From Felis catus (lineage: Eukaryota): a stretch of 64,000 nt of DNA. Of this stretch, positions 28,714 to 41,545 are shown piece by piece. The stretch covers positions 203,672,001 to 203,736,000 of the forward strand of contig NC_058368.1 of NCBI RefSeq assembly GCF_018350175.1. Reading direction: 5' to 3'. The translations under genes were made by a program, and so were the position numbers. Each line of letters opens with the position of its first letter. Position 1 is the stretch's first letter. Under the pieces are notes generated by a model. That model searched no databases. It worked only from the letters and a program-made list of their open reading frames with translations, and was not told where the DNA came from.

Positions 28714-29130
28714 TCAGTTTGACCCACCAGCAGTCTTTCCCCAAGGTTTAGTGTGGAACATAAGGCCCATGAGCAGGAGTTACAGGCTAAATACTGCAGT
28801 GGGGCAGTGTAGGAAAGAAGCAGCTGTTTCTTATTATTTGCGTGTATTTCTCTTATGGGTAAAAACGTGGGCGGAGTGCCATGATGTACTGCTGTGCAGA
28901 CCTCCCAAAATGGCAAGGGCAGAGCCCTGGCTTTCCTCTGCTGCCACCAAGCATGTGACCAACAAGAGATCTAGCCAAAGAAACTGCACTAGAAAACAGA
29001 CCTATTGCACAGCCAGGGGGGTGCAGCTCTATAAAAGAAGAAATGAATTGAGGGACAGCTTTTAACAAGCACATGTAAAAATCTGATTGCAAATAATACC
29101 AAGAGGACTTGGACCTTAATATAATCAAAC
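28714..29130 (-). pseudogene. Frameshifted exon-like segment with RGS22/RGSL1-like motifs
   Basis: YLQSDFYMCLLKAVPQFISSFI, then in other frames VQFLWLDL and VHHGTPPTFLPIREI; donor TGA|gtatgt at 28713; 5' boundary uncertain. Confidence 0.4.
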
Positions 29131-29399
29131 ATGAGACATCGGTAAGTCTTTAGAAGCCTATGTTGCTTAAATTTTTAAATGACATGAGCTCTGACAAAAC
29201 GGACGCTACCAAAACCATCATTTGGCAGAGAGGGCAGAAGAGAGAAATACCCAAACTGCTCTCCCATCCTCCCACAGGTCTCCTACAAAGGTCGCCCTCT
29301 GCACACACCCACAGGCACAGAGACATAGGGCAGGGAAGGCCTGAGAATGAATCTAGAGGGGAAATGAAGAATATTCTGCGTGCTCCTGCAGGCTCTTTT

Positions 29400-29835
29400 C
29401 TCAACATGGCTTTGAGAGCGAGCCCTTTTCAAACCTAGGTCAGAAGTGTCAACCATTCTTCTGCTTGAAACCCTTCAGTGACTTCTCACGACATCAAGAG
29501 GGAAGCTACAATCTTCACAAGGTCTGCCCTCATCTCTACTGGGCCTCTGCTCAAAGGTCCCTTTTCAGCATGGCACATCATGATCACCCTATTTAATATT
29601 CAGCCCCCATCCTGGACAATCCGCTCTTCCTCATGATTTATTGTTCTCGAGAACACTCACGAGTAGCCCACTGAATGGTTTACCTTTTTCGTTTATTGTC
29701 TGTCTTTTCCTTACTAACATAAAAACTCCAGAAGTACATTCTCTTTGTTTTGTTCTCAGATGTAATCCCAGAACACCAAAAACAATGCCTGGCACATGGT
29801 AGCCTTTTAATATTTATTTGTTGAATGAATAAATG
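29400..29835 (+). mobile_element. L2 3' end
   Basis: aacaatgcctggcacatggtagcc...atttgttgaatgaataaatg terminal motif. Confidence 0.7.
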
Positions 29836-30924
29836 GAACAATACGTTAATGAACATTTAAGATATTTAATTTTAACATGCTTTTTGATCAAGTATTATTC
29901 ATTAAAGGACTATAATTGGTACCTCCTATAAATTGACTTGATAAGTTCTTTCAAACTTTTCTTATGTGATTGATTACATTTAATTTAGGTTAAGGGATAA
30001 AACCAATTCTCAACACCCTTCATATTATCAAGCAGCATTAAAACTGAACAAATTGCTTTAGACAAGAGAAAATGACATCTCTTTGATTTTAGGAACCAAC
30101 TTTCCCCCTTTTTAATGTGGAGTTGCAAAGGTCACCATGATTGACCTACTAATTACCAAATCCCACAAACACTCCTCAGTATTTATCTTTCCGGACTTCT
30201 CGGAGTTATCTGACACGCTTAAGCATCTTGTCCTTCAAAACATTACTCAGTGATTTGATAATTATGGTATACGAAATAGGTGGGACACTGTTTCTTTAGC
30301 AAAATTATATGTACTTTGTTAAATCTTTTTGTAACTATTAAAGTAGTAAAACCTACAACTTAAAAATAGAATGTAAAGTGTCATTGTCTAACAGTATAGG
30401 GAGTACCTGCTCGTTGTAGAAAATATATCAGAAAAATAAAGAAGATTCAAATCCCGCCACTAGAAATAAGCAATTTAAAAGCTTGATGTATATTATAATA
30501 TTTATAAAACAACTTTCACTTTAAAATGTTATATTCATTATTTTTAAGATACACACATAAACATCTATATTGTATTTTAATGTAATGTATCAAATATTTA
30601 AACTATGCATCATTGTTATGTATTTGTATTATTTCTATTTCCTCTAGTATATCTAATTAAGTTTCTTGAATATATGTTTTTGTATAATTAACCCACTATG
30701 TCTTTAAGAATAACTCTTGGAAAGTGAATCACTGGGTTACAACATCTGTAGAAAGGAAGAATATTGACTGACTTTTCAATATGTATTGTTCTTTTGCTTA
30801 TGTTATTTATTGCTTTTGTTTTTGAATGTCGTTTTGGCTAGAATCTCCAGAACAACAACTTAGTGAGCAGATATCTTGCTTTATTCCTGACTTTGTGAGA
30901 AATCCCTCTTGATGCTATTTCTTT

Positions 30925-31407
30925 ATACAAGTTTGTTCATTTTCGAGAGAGAGAGCGTGAGCAGGGGAGGGGCAGAGAGAGGGAGACAGGATGTGAAATG
31001 GGCTCTGTGTTGACAGCAGCAAGCCAATACGGGGTTCAAACTCACAAACTGTGAGATCGTGACTTGAGCTGAAGTCAGATGCTTAACCCAGCTGAGCGAC
31101 CCAGGCACCCAATACTAATTTTAAATAGCTTTCTCAAACTTAGGAACAGATAGTAAATGTACTGAACACACAACTATTAAAGTGAATATTTTTATTTTTT
31201 TTTTATTTTAATGTTTATTTTTGAGAGACAGAGACAGAGTGGGAGTGGGGGAGGGGCAGAGAGAGACATACACACAAAATCCGAATCAGGCTCCAGGCTC
31301 TGAACTGTCAGGACAGAGCCTGACACGTGGCTTGAACTCATGAACCATGACATCATGACCTGAGCCGAAGTTGGACACTTAACCAACTGAGCCACCCAGG
31401 TGCTCCA
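30925..31407 (-). mobile_element. Two Can-SINEs (30925-31110, 31190-31407)
   Basis: Reverse-strand heads and GA tracts. Confidence 0.9.
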
Positions 31408-32187
31408 AAAGTGAGTCTTTTTCTAAACAGAAATCGCAAACTGTTGACCTCTTTGATGAATATAACATACCATTTGGATCTACTTGCCATAAATATTTTC
31501 ACATTTGAAATGAATTTAAATTTTCATGTCTTGGAAAATCAAAAGACCAAGCCACACTCAGTCTGCATCCTTGGGGGACAAAAATAACTCGAACTGTATA
31601 GCTACTTACTCTTTAGATAGAACACAAACATAGACTAGCTGATGCTGGTCCTCACAATTCATATACTATATGCATATATACTTGCACTCAAATTATTTCA
31701 CTCATACATATTGCCTGCCTGATATATATAGGCATTGGATTTTTGGTCCCTATTCCAAAATGTACATTATAAAGACTCCACAGAAATCTATTACTTCAAG
31801 GGACCATACTTTCTTTAACCAATGATCTATTTCTCAACATTTTTCCATCATTTCAATTTTAAATGTATTCTTATGTGTAACACTATTTGCTTAGAAGAAA
31901 AATTTTAGTTGTAGATTTATTGGTATGTCTATTATGAAAGCTTTAGGTAAGTCTTGCCTACACATAAATTTATGGGTAAAGGACCTTGGTTGGTCTGGCT
32001 TAAGAAAGATGCCCATCCATCACTGTTCCAGTTAACTGTACATAATTCAAACACTGCTGGAAGAAAACTCTGAGGGGAGTTTGAGAATAGGAATGAAGGC
32101 AACCAAAACAGTTTCTCCCATATGAGATCGACCAGGTTTCTGCAGTATCAAATGCCATTTGAATTTCTCCTTTTTAGAATTGCCAGT

Positions 32188-32367
32188 TTGGGGGTGGCTG
32201 GGTGGCTCAGACTCTTGATTCTGGCTCAGGTTATGATCTCCCAGTTCCTGAGTTTGAACCCACATCTGTCAGTGCAGAGCCTGCTTGCGATTCTCTCTCT
32301 CCCCCTCCTTCCCTCGCTCTATCTCTCTCTCTCTCCCTCCCTCTCTCAAAAATAAACATTAAAAGAA
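32188..32367 (+). mobile_element. Can-SINE (degenerate)
   Basis: gggtggctcag, ggctcaggttatgatctc, CT tract, aaataaacatt. Confidence 0.85.
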
Positions 32368-33067
32368 AGAATTGCTGGCTTATGTAATTCTTTGCCCACT
32401 TTACAAATGGTATGTTCATCTATTTCTTATAAACTCGAAAGTGCCATTTATTTATTAAATACATTATCTCCTTTCCACAAATATTACAAATTCTGCACTG
32501 GCTGTCACATACATTTTCACTTGTTTACAGTAATCACTGCTGCTCCCCTTCCCCCTCCTCTGCAGGGTTCCTGTGAGGATTAAATAAATTTTTACATGTA
32601 GAGAACAATACTTGCAGCAAAGAAATACTTGGAATAAACAATAGCCACTACCTTTTGTTTTCATGCAAAAAAGGGCCTTCGACCTCCAACATTTTTAAAA
32701 TTTTCATTTAGATTATCTTCTCATCATTTAATTTTTTTCATATTTTCTATTCATTTCTTCAACTCATGTCTAATTATTCTGGCATATAGTACGAGGGAGA
32801 GATTTCATATCACTTTGTGTGGTTACCAAATGTCCCAGCACTATTTACAGGATAATTATTCCTGCTCCACTGATCTGGAATACCGTCAATTTAACATTAT
32901 AATTTACTATATCTGAGTCTGTCTAGGGACAATTTATTAGATTATTTTTTGATAAAGGTTACCCTACTATAAAACAACAGATAGAAGTATTTTCCTAAGT
33001 ATTCTTTGTCATCTCATACACCAAGTTTTCCCTCATTTTTCTTCTAATTCTCTGCTGACTATTCTAA

Positions 33068-33260
33068 GTTTACTTATTTGAGAGAGAGAGAGTGTGAGTG
33101 AGGGAGGGGCAGAGAGAGATGGAGAGAGAGAGAATCCCAAGCAGGCTCTGAGCTGTCATGCAGAGCCCAAGGTGGGGCTCAGTCCCATGAACTGCGAGAT
33201 CGTGGCCTGAGCCAAAACCAAGAGTCAGACGCTTAACTGACTGAGCCACCCAAGCACCCC
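33068..33260 (-). mobile_element. Can-SINE
   Basis: TSD tctctg(c/t)tgactattct. Confidence 0.9.
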
Positions 33261-34061
33261 TCTCTGTTGACTATTCTTAATTTTTTTTTGCACACTATCA
33301 TCACTTTATCAAGTTATCTTTCTCCTGCCCCCAAATATACCTAAGATATTTTATTACATAAAACCTATTCTGAATATTTTATGTCCTTATGATATTGTGT
33401 TTTCATCCAAAAACACATTTTACTTACTGAAATTTTCTTTTTCTATGTTCATGACTACAATTTCCTCTAGGGGAAAAACAGTCTCTCCTTTTTTCCATCC
33501 TCCTAATCTTACCTGAGTGCTTCCCATTTGCACATTCTAACCCAAACCCCTAGGAAGAAGAGGTTCTGGGATTTGTAGTTGCCAACTTCTCTTTGGAAAA
33601 TGCAAAGGGAATCTCAGAAGGAAGCCAGGGTAGTAACAAAATTTAGCACATAAGCCATCCCTCTGTGATTCTTTTTTTTTTAATTTTTATTTAATTTATT
33701 TTTTTTTAATTTACATCAAAGTTAGTTAGCTTATAGAGCAACAATGCTTTCAGGAGTAGATTCCCTAGTGCCCCTTACCCATTTAGCCCATCCCCCCTCC
33801 CACAAGCCCTCCAGTAACCCTCTGTGTGTTCTCCATATTTAAGAGTCTCTTATGTTTTGTCCTCCTCCCTGTTTTTATATTACTTTTGCTTCCCTTCCAT
33901 TCTCTTCATCTATTTTGTATCTTAAAGTCCTCATGTAAGTGAAGTCATATGGTATTTGTCTTTCTCTGGCTAATTTTGCTTACCATAATACCCTCTAATT
34001 CCATCCATGTAGTTGCAAATGGCAAGATTTCATTCTTTTTGATTGACAACTAATACTCCAC

Positions 34062-34102
34062 TGTGTGTGTGTGTATACATATACACGCACACACACATGT
34101 GT

Positions 34103-34146
<44 letters not shown>
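34062..34146. repeat. (TG)n...(CA)n compound microsatellite within the L1
   Basis: Directly visible. Confidence 0.9.
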
Positions 34147-34149
<3 letters not shown>

Positions 34150-36360
34150 TCTTCTTTATCCATTCATCCATCGATGGACATTTGGGCTCTTTCCATACTT
34201 TGGCTATTGTTGATAGTGTTGCTATAAACATTGGGGTGCATGTACCCCTTTGAAACAGCACACCTGTGTCCCTTGGATAAATACCTAGTAGCACAATTGC
34301 TGGGTCATAGGGTAGTTCTATTTTTAATTTTCTGAGAAACCTCCAGACTGTTTTCCAGAGTGGCTGCACCAGTTTGCATTCCCACCCACAGTGCAGAAGG
34401 GATCCTTTTTCTCCGCATCCTCACCGACATCTGTTGTTGCCTGAGTTGTTAATGTTAGCCATTCTGAAAGGTGTGAGGTGGTATTTCATTGTGGTTTTGA
34501 TTTGTATTTCCCTGATGATGAGTGATGTTGAACATTTTTTCATGTGTCGGTTGGCCATCTGTATGTCTTCTTTGGAGAAGTGTCTATTCATGTCTTTTGC
34601 CCATTTCTTCACTGGATTATTTATTTTTTGGGTATTGAGTTTGATAAGTTCTTTATAGATTTTGAATACTCAACCTTTATCTGACATGTTCGCAAATATC
34701 TTCTCCCATTCCATTGGTTACCTTTTAGTTTTGCTGATTGTTTCCTTCACTGTGCAGAAGCTTTTTATTTTGATGAGGTCCCAATAGTTCATTTTTGCTT
34801 TTGTTTCCCTTGCCTCTGGAGACGTTTGAGTAAGAAGTTGCTGTGGCAAAGGTCAAAGAGGTTTTGGCTTGCTTTCTCCTCGAGGATTTTAATGACTTCC
34901 TGTTTTATATTTGGGTCTTTCATCCATTTTGATTTTACTTTTGTGTATGGTATAAGAAAGTGGTCCAGGTTCATTTTTCTGCATGTCGCTGTCCAGTTTT
35001 CCCAGCACCACTTGCTGAGGAGACTGTCTATTCCATTGGATATTCTTTCCTGTTTTGTCAAAGATTAGTTGGCCATACATTTGTGGGTCCATTTCTGGGT
35101 TCTCTATTCTGTTCCATTGATTTGAGTGTCTGTTTTTATGCCAGTACCATACTGTCTTGATGATTACAGCTTTGTAATACATCTTGAAGTCCGGGAGTGT
35201 GATGCCTCCAGCTTCAGCTTTCTTTTTCAAGACTGCTTTGGCTATTCGGGGTCTTTTCTGGTTCCATGCAAATTTTAGGATTGTCTGTTCTAGCTCTGTG
35301 AAGAATGCTGGTATTATTTTGATAGGTATTGCATTGAATATGTAGGTTGCTTTGGGTAGTATTGACATTTTAACAATATTCTTCCTATCCCGGAGCATGG
35401 AATATTTTTCAATTTTTGTGTGTCTTCTTCAATTTCTTTCTTAGGCTTTCTGTAGTTTTCAGTGTGTAGATTTTTCACCTCTTTGGTGAGATTTATTCCT
35501 AGGTATTTTATGGTTTTTGGTGCAATTGTAAAAGGGATCAATTCCTTGATTTCTCTTTCTGTTACTTCATTGCTGGTGTATAGGAATACAACCGATTTCT
35601 GTGCATTGATTTTATATCCTGCCACTTTGCTGAATTCATAGATCAGTTCTAGCAGTTTCTGGGTGGAATCTTTTGGATTTTCCATATAAGTATCAAATCA
35701 TCTGTGAAGAATCAAAGTTTCACCTCCTCCTGGACAATTTGGATGCCTTTCCTTTGTGTTGTCTGATTGCTGAGGCTAAGACTTCCAATACTAAGTTGAA
35801 TAACAGTGGCGAGAGTGGACATCCCTGTCTTGTCCCTGACCTTAGGGGGAAAGCTCTCAGTTTTTCCCCATTGAGGATGATATTAGCGTTGGGTCTTTCA
35901 TATATGGCTTTTATGATATCAAGGTATGATCCTTCTATCCCTACTTTCTTGAGGGTTTTTATCAAGAAAGGATGTTGTGTTTTGTCAAATGCTTTCTCTG
36001 CATCTATTGAGAGGATCATGTTCTTGCCCTTTCTTTTATTGATGTGATGGATCACGTTCATTGTTTTGTGGATATTGAACAAGCCCTGCATCCCAGGTAT
36101 AAATCCCACTTGGTCATGGTGAATAATTTTTTTAATGTATTGTTGAATCCAGTTGGCAAATATCTTGTTGAGGATTTTTGCATTCATGTTCATCAGGGAA
36201 ACTGGTCTATAATTCTCCTTTTTAGAGGGGTCTCTGTCTGGTTTTGGAATCAAGGTAATGCTGGCTTCATAGAAAGAGTTTGGAAGTTTTCCTTCCATTT
36301 CTATTTTTTGGAACAGTTTCAAGAGAATAGGTGTTAACTCTTCCTTAAATGTTTGGTAGA

Positions 36361-36582
36361 GGGGCGCCTGTGTGGCGCAGTCGGTTAAGCGTCCGACTTC
36401 AGCCAGGTCACGATCTCGCGGTCCGTGGGTTCGAGCCCCGCGTCGGGCTCTGGGCTGATGGCTCAGAGCCTGGAGACTGTTTCCGATTCTGTGTCTCCCT
36501 CTCTCTCTGCCCCTCCCCCGTTCATGCTCTGTCTCTCTCTGTCCCAAAAATAAAAAACGTTGAAAAAAAATTAAAAAAAAAA
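36361..36582 (+). mobile_element. Young felid Can-SINE nested in L1 ORF2
   Basis: ggggcgcctgtgtggcgcagtcggttaagcg head, (CT)n, A-tail; TSD aaatgtttggtaga on both sides. Confidence 0.95.
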
Positions 36583-37651
36583 TGTTTGGTAGAATTCCCC
36601 TGGTAATCCATCTGGCCCTGGACTCTTGTTTTTTGGCAGTTTTGATTACTAATTCGATTTCCTTACTGGTTATGGGTCTGTTCAAATTTTCTATTTCTTC
36701 CTGTTTCAGTTTTGGTAGTTTATATGTGTCTAGGAATTTGTCCATTTCTTCCAGATTGCCCATTTTATTGGCCTATACTTGCTCATAATATTCTCTTATT
36801 ATTGTTCTTATTTCTGCTGTGTTGGTTGTGATCTGTCCTCTTTCACTCTTGACTTTACTTATTTGGGTCCTTTCCTTTTTCTTTTTGATCAAACTTGCTA
36901 GTGGTTTATCAATTTTGTTAATTCTTTCAAAGAACCAGCTTCTGGTTTCACTGATCTTTTCTACTGGGTTTTTTGTTTGTTTGTTTGTTTTTGGTTTTTT
37001 GTTTGTTCGTTTGTTTCAGTAGCATTGATTTCTGCTCTAATATTTATTATTTCCTGTCGTCTGCTGGTTTGGGGTTTTATATGCTGTTCTTTTTCCAGCT
37101 CCTTAAGGTGTAAGGTTAGGTTGTGTATCTGCGACCTTCCTTCCTTCTTTAGGAAGGCCTGGATTGCTATATACTTTCCTCTTATGACCGCCTGTGCTGC
37201 GTTCCAGAGGTCTTGGGCTGCAGTGTTGTCATTTTCATTGGCTTCCAGGTACTTTTTAATTTCCTCTTTAACTTCTTGGTTAGCCCATTCAATCTTTAGT
37301 AGGATGTCCTTTAGTCTCCAAGTATTTACTATCATTCCAAATTTTTTCTTGTGGTTGATTTCGAGTTTCATAGCATTGTGGTCTGAAAATATGCACGGTA
37401 TGACCTCGATCTTTCTGTACTTGTTGAGGGCTGACTTGTGTCCCAGTATGTGATCTATTCTGGAGACTGTTCCATGTGCACTGGAGAAGAATGTGTATTC
37501 TGCTGCTTCCTTAGTGATTCTTGATTTAGAGAACTAAGTCAATTATTTCCTCCGAGCATGAAGTCTGTTCACTGTTGGTTTGATATAGAGATGATTACAT
37601 TAGAGAAGCCTCATTCTAGTCTTCACTTTGCTCAGATACTTTTAAAAAGTC

Positions 37652-40600
37652 GGGGAGGTGCCTGAGTGGCTCAGTTGATGAAGCATCCAACTTCAGCTCA
37701 GGTCTTTCTGAGCTGTGCCCCATATTGGGCTCTCTGCGGTCAGCACGGAGCCCACTACAGATCCTCTGTCTCCCTCTCTTTCTCTGCCCCTCCCCTGTTC
37801 TCTCTCTCTCTCTCTCTCTGTCTCTCAAAAATAGACATTAAAAAAATAGGGAATTAATGTTGAATTCACCAAATATCTCCTTTCTTAAAATTCTCTCCTC
37901 CTTTGGTTAGTCTGACCTGATTCGCTATTTCTTATTTCTTAATCCATTCTTTCTCACTTATTTGCTTGATTTTTATTCTCCATTTTCCTTCGCAGAATTA
38001 TTAGTGTTACCATTGCTAATCAGTTTCTGTATCTAAACATATTCTCAACTCACTACTGAACTCTGCATGAGAAAACACAGGAACTTCAAAGTGTGTCACA
38101 AAATGAAGCTTTCATTTTTCTCTAGAATCTACTTATTCTTATGTTTCCGGAATCTGCTAACACCAAGAATTCACCTTTTCTGTAGCTCCATTAAGGACAA
38201 AACCACATACCCAATGGCTGGAAATGTCAGCATAATCTTCCTCCTCCTCTGTATCCAATAAATCAAATTTCACTTAGAAATGTGGTCTGAATATGCCTTT
38301 CCTAACATCTTTGGGTTCAAAATCTCATTGTCTCTGCTTCAGGTTGTATTGCAGTCATGTCTTAAGAGCTCTCTCTCTTTATCTTCTCTGCACATCACTC
38401 TCACCTACTCAACGTGTATCTCATACCAGAGTTATCGTTCCCACCTGCAAAACTGATCCTGTCTTTTCCTTATCCAAAAGCTTTCTTGGCTTGCTATCAG
38501 TATCAGGATAAAATGCAAGCTTATCCACTACCTATAAAAGGCCCTGAAGAATTTGAATCTTACCTTAGTTGACAATAGCTCTCCTTGGTCTCAGTCTACA
38601 GCCACTGCCCCACACTCATGCACATTCCATTTCACATTTCAGTAATGTGCCTCTCTTTCTTTTTGCTTGTATGGAAACCCCCCATTGCTCCTTCAAGACT
38701 CTGTTCAGAAATCAACTCCTCTCTGAAGTCTTTATGAGCCTCTGGGGTATAGTCTTTCCAAAATTCCTTTTCCTAATTACTTGATTTTATTACAATCACT
38801 GGTTTACATGTTTCACTTCTTCATTAGACCATGAGTTCCGAGAGGCTGAGGCCATGTCTGATGCTTTTCTGTATCTCTGGGACATGGCAAATTTTAAGTT
38901 CTCGATAAGTATCCAATGACTGAATATGCCTGATGCTTGGGTCTTAAAAGATTTGTGACCTATTTCAAACATTAACTTTGGCCAATAATGGGGCACCTGG
39001 GTGGCTCAGTCAGTTAAGTGTCCGACTTCAGCTCAGGTCATGATCTCACGGTTTGGGGGTTCAGGCCCCGCATCAGGTTCTGTGCTGACAGCTGGGAGCT
39101 TGGAGCTGGCTTTGGATTCTGTGTCTCCCTGTCTCCCTGCTCCTACCCCATTCATGCTCTGTCTTTGTCTCTCAAAAATAAATAAACATTAAAAAAAATT
39201 AATAATAAATTTATCCAATAACGTGGATAGAAGGATAATTGTTGAAGATTCAGAAAGACTGCAGTTTTCAGACCAAGGACTATCACTTAAGGCCAGAGGA
39301 CTTTTGCTAAGTCACAGAATAACGAGAATTATTTAGTCAATTCCATCCCTAACTGCCCTGAACCTTACAGTTTTTATTTATATAACATAGTAACATTCTT
39401 CACGTGTATTAGAATTGTTCTGACAATAAAATGAGGCTGTGTGTAAGAAATCCTCTTTAACTTGGCAAAGCCACAGCACCTGGGTGGCTCAGTCAGTTAA
39501 GCATCTGACTCTTGATTTCTGCTCAGGTCGTGATCTCATGGTAGTGAGATCAAGCCCCACATTGGGGTCTGTGCTGACAGCGCTGAAGGAGCCTGCTTGG
39601 GGATTCTTTCTCTCCCTCTCCTTCTGCTTCTTCCCCATGCTCTCTCTCTCTCTCTCTCAAAAAAAAAATTAGAAGGGCTATATAGATATGAAGCATTTTT
39701 ATTAATTCATACTTAATCATATAAGTCAATCTTTTATGTTTAAAAATTCTTTAACTCAAGTCTTTTATATAAAAGTGTTACTGGCCCTTACATGTTGGTA
39801 CTCCCTTAGCTCACAGCCTAATAAATAAGAAATAATCACATATTCACATGAAATTTTGAAAATGAGTAACCTCAATTTCAGTTTAATCAAATCATAATTC
39901 ACTGGAAACGAGACTAACTGCATTCTAGAACCTTTCCATAGAACATAAACTTCCTGGTGCCAAATCATTCAAAAATTAAAAAACAAAATAATTACTATTG
40001 GTCTGGGACATACAGCCAAGGTAATAAGACAGTAGACACATATGAGGTGTAAATATTGAAATATAAGATAAGTTTTTTTTTTAATTTTAACATTTATTCA
40101 TTATTTTGATAGAGACAGAGTGTGAGCGGGGGAGGCGTAGAGAGAGAGGGAGACACAGAACCTGCAGCAGGCTCCAAGCTGTCAGCACAGAGCCCGACGC
40201 GGGGCTCAAACTCACGCACCGTGAGATCATGACCTGAGCCGAAGTCGGACGCTTAACTGACTGAGCCACCCAGGTGCCCCAAAAGATAAGTTTTTATAAT
40301 TATCTGAAATTGATATGTTTGTATGTCTAGAAAGGCCAAGAAAATCTGCTCGAAATCTATTATAATTAAGAAGAAAACTCAACAAAGTGGCTGGATATAA
40401 GATTAAATTCCTGAAAAAGAATACAAAGATTATTTATCAGTAATGACAACAGGTAATATACGGGAATGACTCACTTTATACTTTAAATCAAACATAAAAT
40501 ACTTAGAAATTGTCTACCTAGAGGACCCCTGCGTGGCTCAGTTAAGTGTCTTAACTCTTGACTTCTGTTCAGGTCATGATCTCACAGTTCATGAGTTTGA

Positions 40601-41545
40601 GCCCCACATCTGGCTCTACGCTGACAGCATAGAGCCTGCCTGGGATTCTCTGTCTCCCTCTCTCCCTGCCCCTCCCCCGTGCTCGCTTGGTCACTCTCTC
40701 TCTCTCTCACTCTCTCTCTCCCCCCTCAAAAAAATTAAACAAACATTTTTTAAGGAAAAGAAATTGCTTACTTAGAAATAAGAAAAATCAAATAATTCTA
40801 TAAAATTTTCAAGTAGAAATATGTGTTATGTTCTTAGAGCAATGAAGGAAAGAGTACCTTTTTAAAATAAAATTATAACAATCTATTCCAAACAAAATAT
40901 CAGTGGGATTTTTTGAAGTGTTGGGGAGAAGCAGAACTTGACAAAATAATTCTAAAATTCTTCTGAAAGAACACTGAACAAGACTAACCATGAATCTTTT
41001 ATTTTAAAAAGAAGTTTTAAAGGAACTTGTCTTAGCAGGTATTGAAATCTTTTATTTTAAAAAGAAATTTTAAAGAAACATATTATAAAGCTACAGTTAA
41101 TAAAGTGGTACTTCCATAAGAATGAACCTATTTTAGTTGAGAGCAGTAAAAAGAAGAATTACACAGATAATTACTTAAGAAGTATATATTCTCTGTAACA
41201 CTTTCATCAACTTCCACAAGCAAATTTTTCTCATCTTTTTCTGTGTTCTGTAATTTTCTATTTGGTTGACTCAGAAAATTATCAGCATTCAATCATTTCA
41301 CCACCAAAAAGGTGGGGGCAGGGGCTCCTGGGTGGCTCAGTCAGTTAAGCGTCTGATTTTGGCTCAGGTCATGATCTCGCGGTTTGTGAGTTCGAGTCCC
41401 ATGTCAGGCTCTGTGCTGACAGTTCAGAGCCTGGAGCCTGCTTCGGATTCTGTGTCTCCCCCTCTCTCTGCCCCTCCCCTGCTCACACTCTGTCTCTCTC
41501 TGTCTCTCAATAGTAAATGAACGTTAAAAAAAAATTTTTTTAAAG
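37652..41545. mobile_element. Cluster of six Can-SINEs: 37652-37850(+), 38990-39205(+), 39472-39670(+), 40073-40280(-), 40521-40755(+), 41321-41545(+)
   Basis: Each shows the gtggctcag head, CT/GA tract and A/T tail; the 40073 copy has TSD aagataagttttt. Confidence 0.9.

Larger units (their letters stand above)
33672..37513 (-). mobile_element. 5'-truncated carnivore/felid L1 (endonuclease end, RT and C-terminal part of ORF2, 3'UTR, polyA); frameshifted
   Basis: ORF2 peptides in ORFs 36961..37371, 35720..36763 ([16 protein letters not shown]), 35314..35685, 34889..35398, 34421..34612, 33995..34369; poly-T at 33672-33710; candidate TSD gtgattctt at 33665-33673 and 37514-37522. Confidence 0.95.

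Noticed and set aside
29030..29036. TATAAAA box of a plus-strand promoter
   Set aside because: It is equally explained as the complement of a minus-strand pyrimidine tract or coding-like segment, and there is no CpG island or other support.
34374..37453. Plus-strand ORFs up to 158 aa in the L1 region
   Set aside because: They are antisense shadows of L1 ORF2.
33672..37513. Active L1
   Set aside because: It is 5'-truncated (no promoter or ORF1), has multiple frameshifts and carries a SINE insertion.
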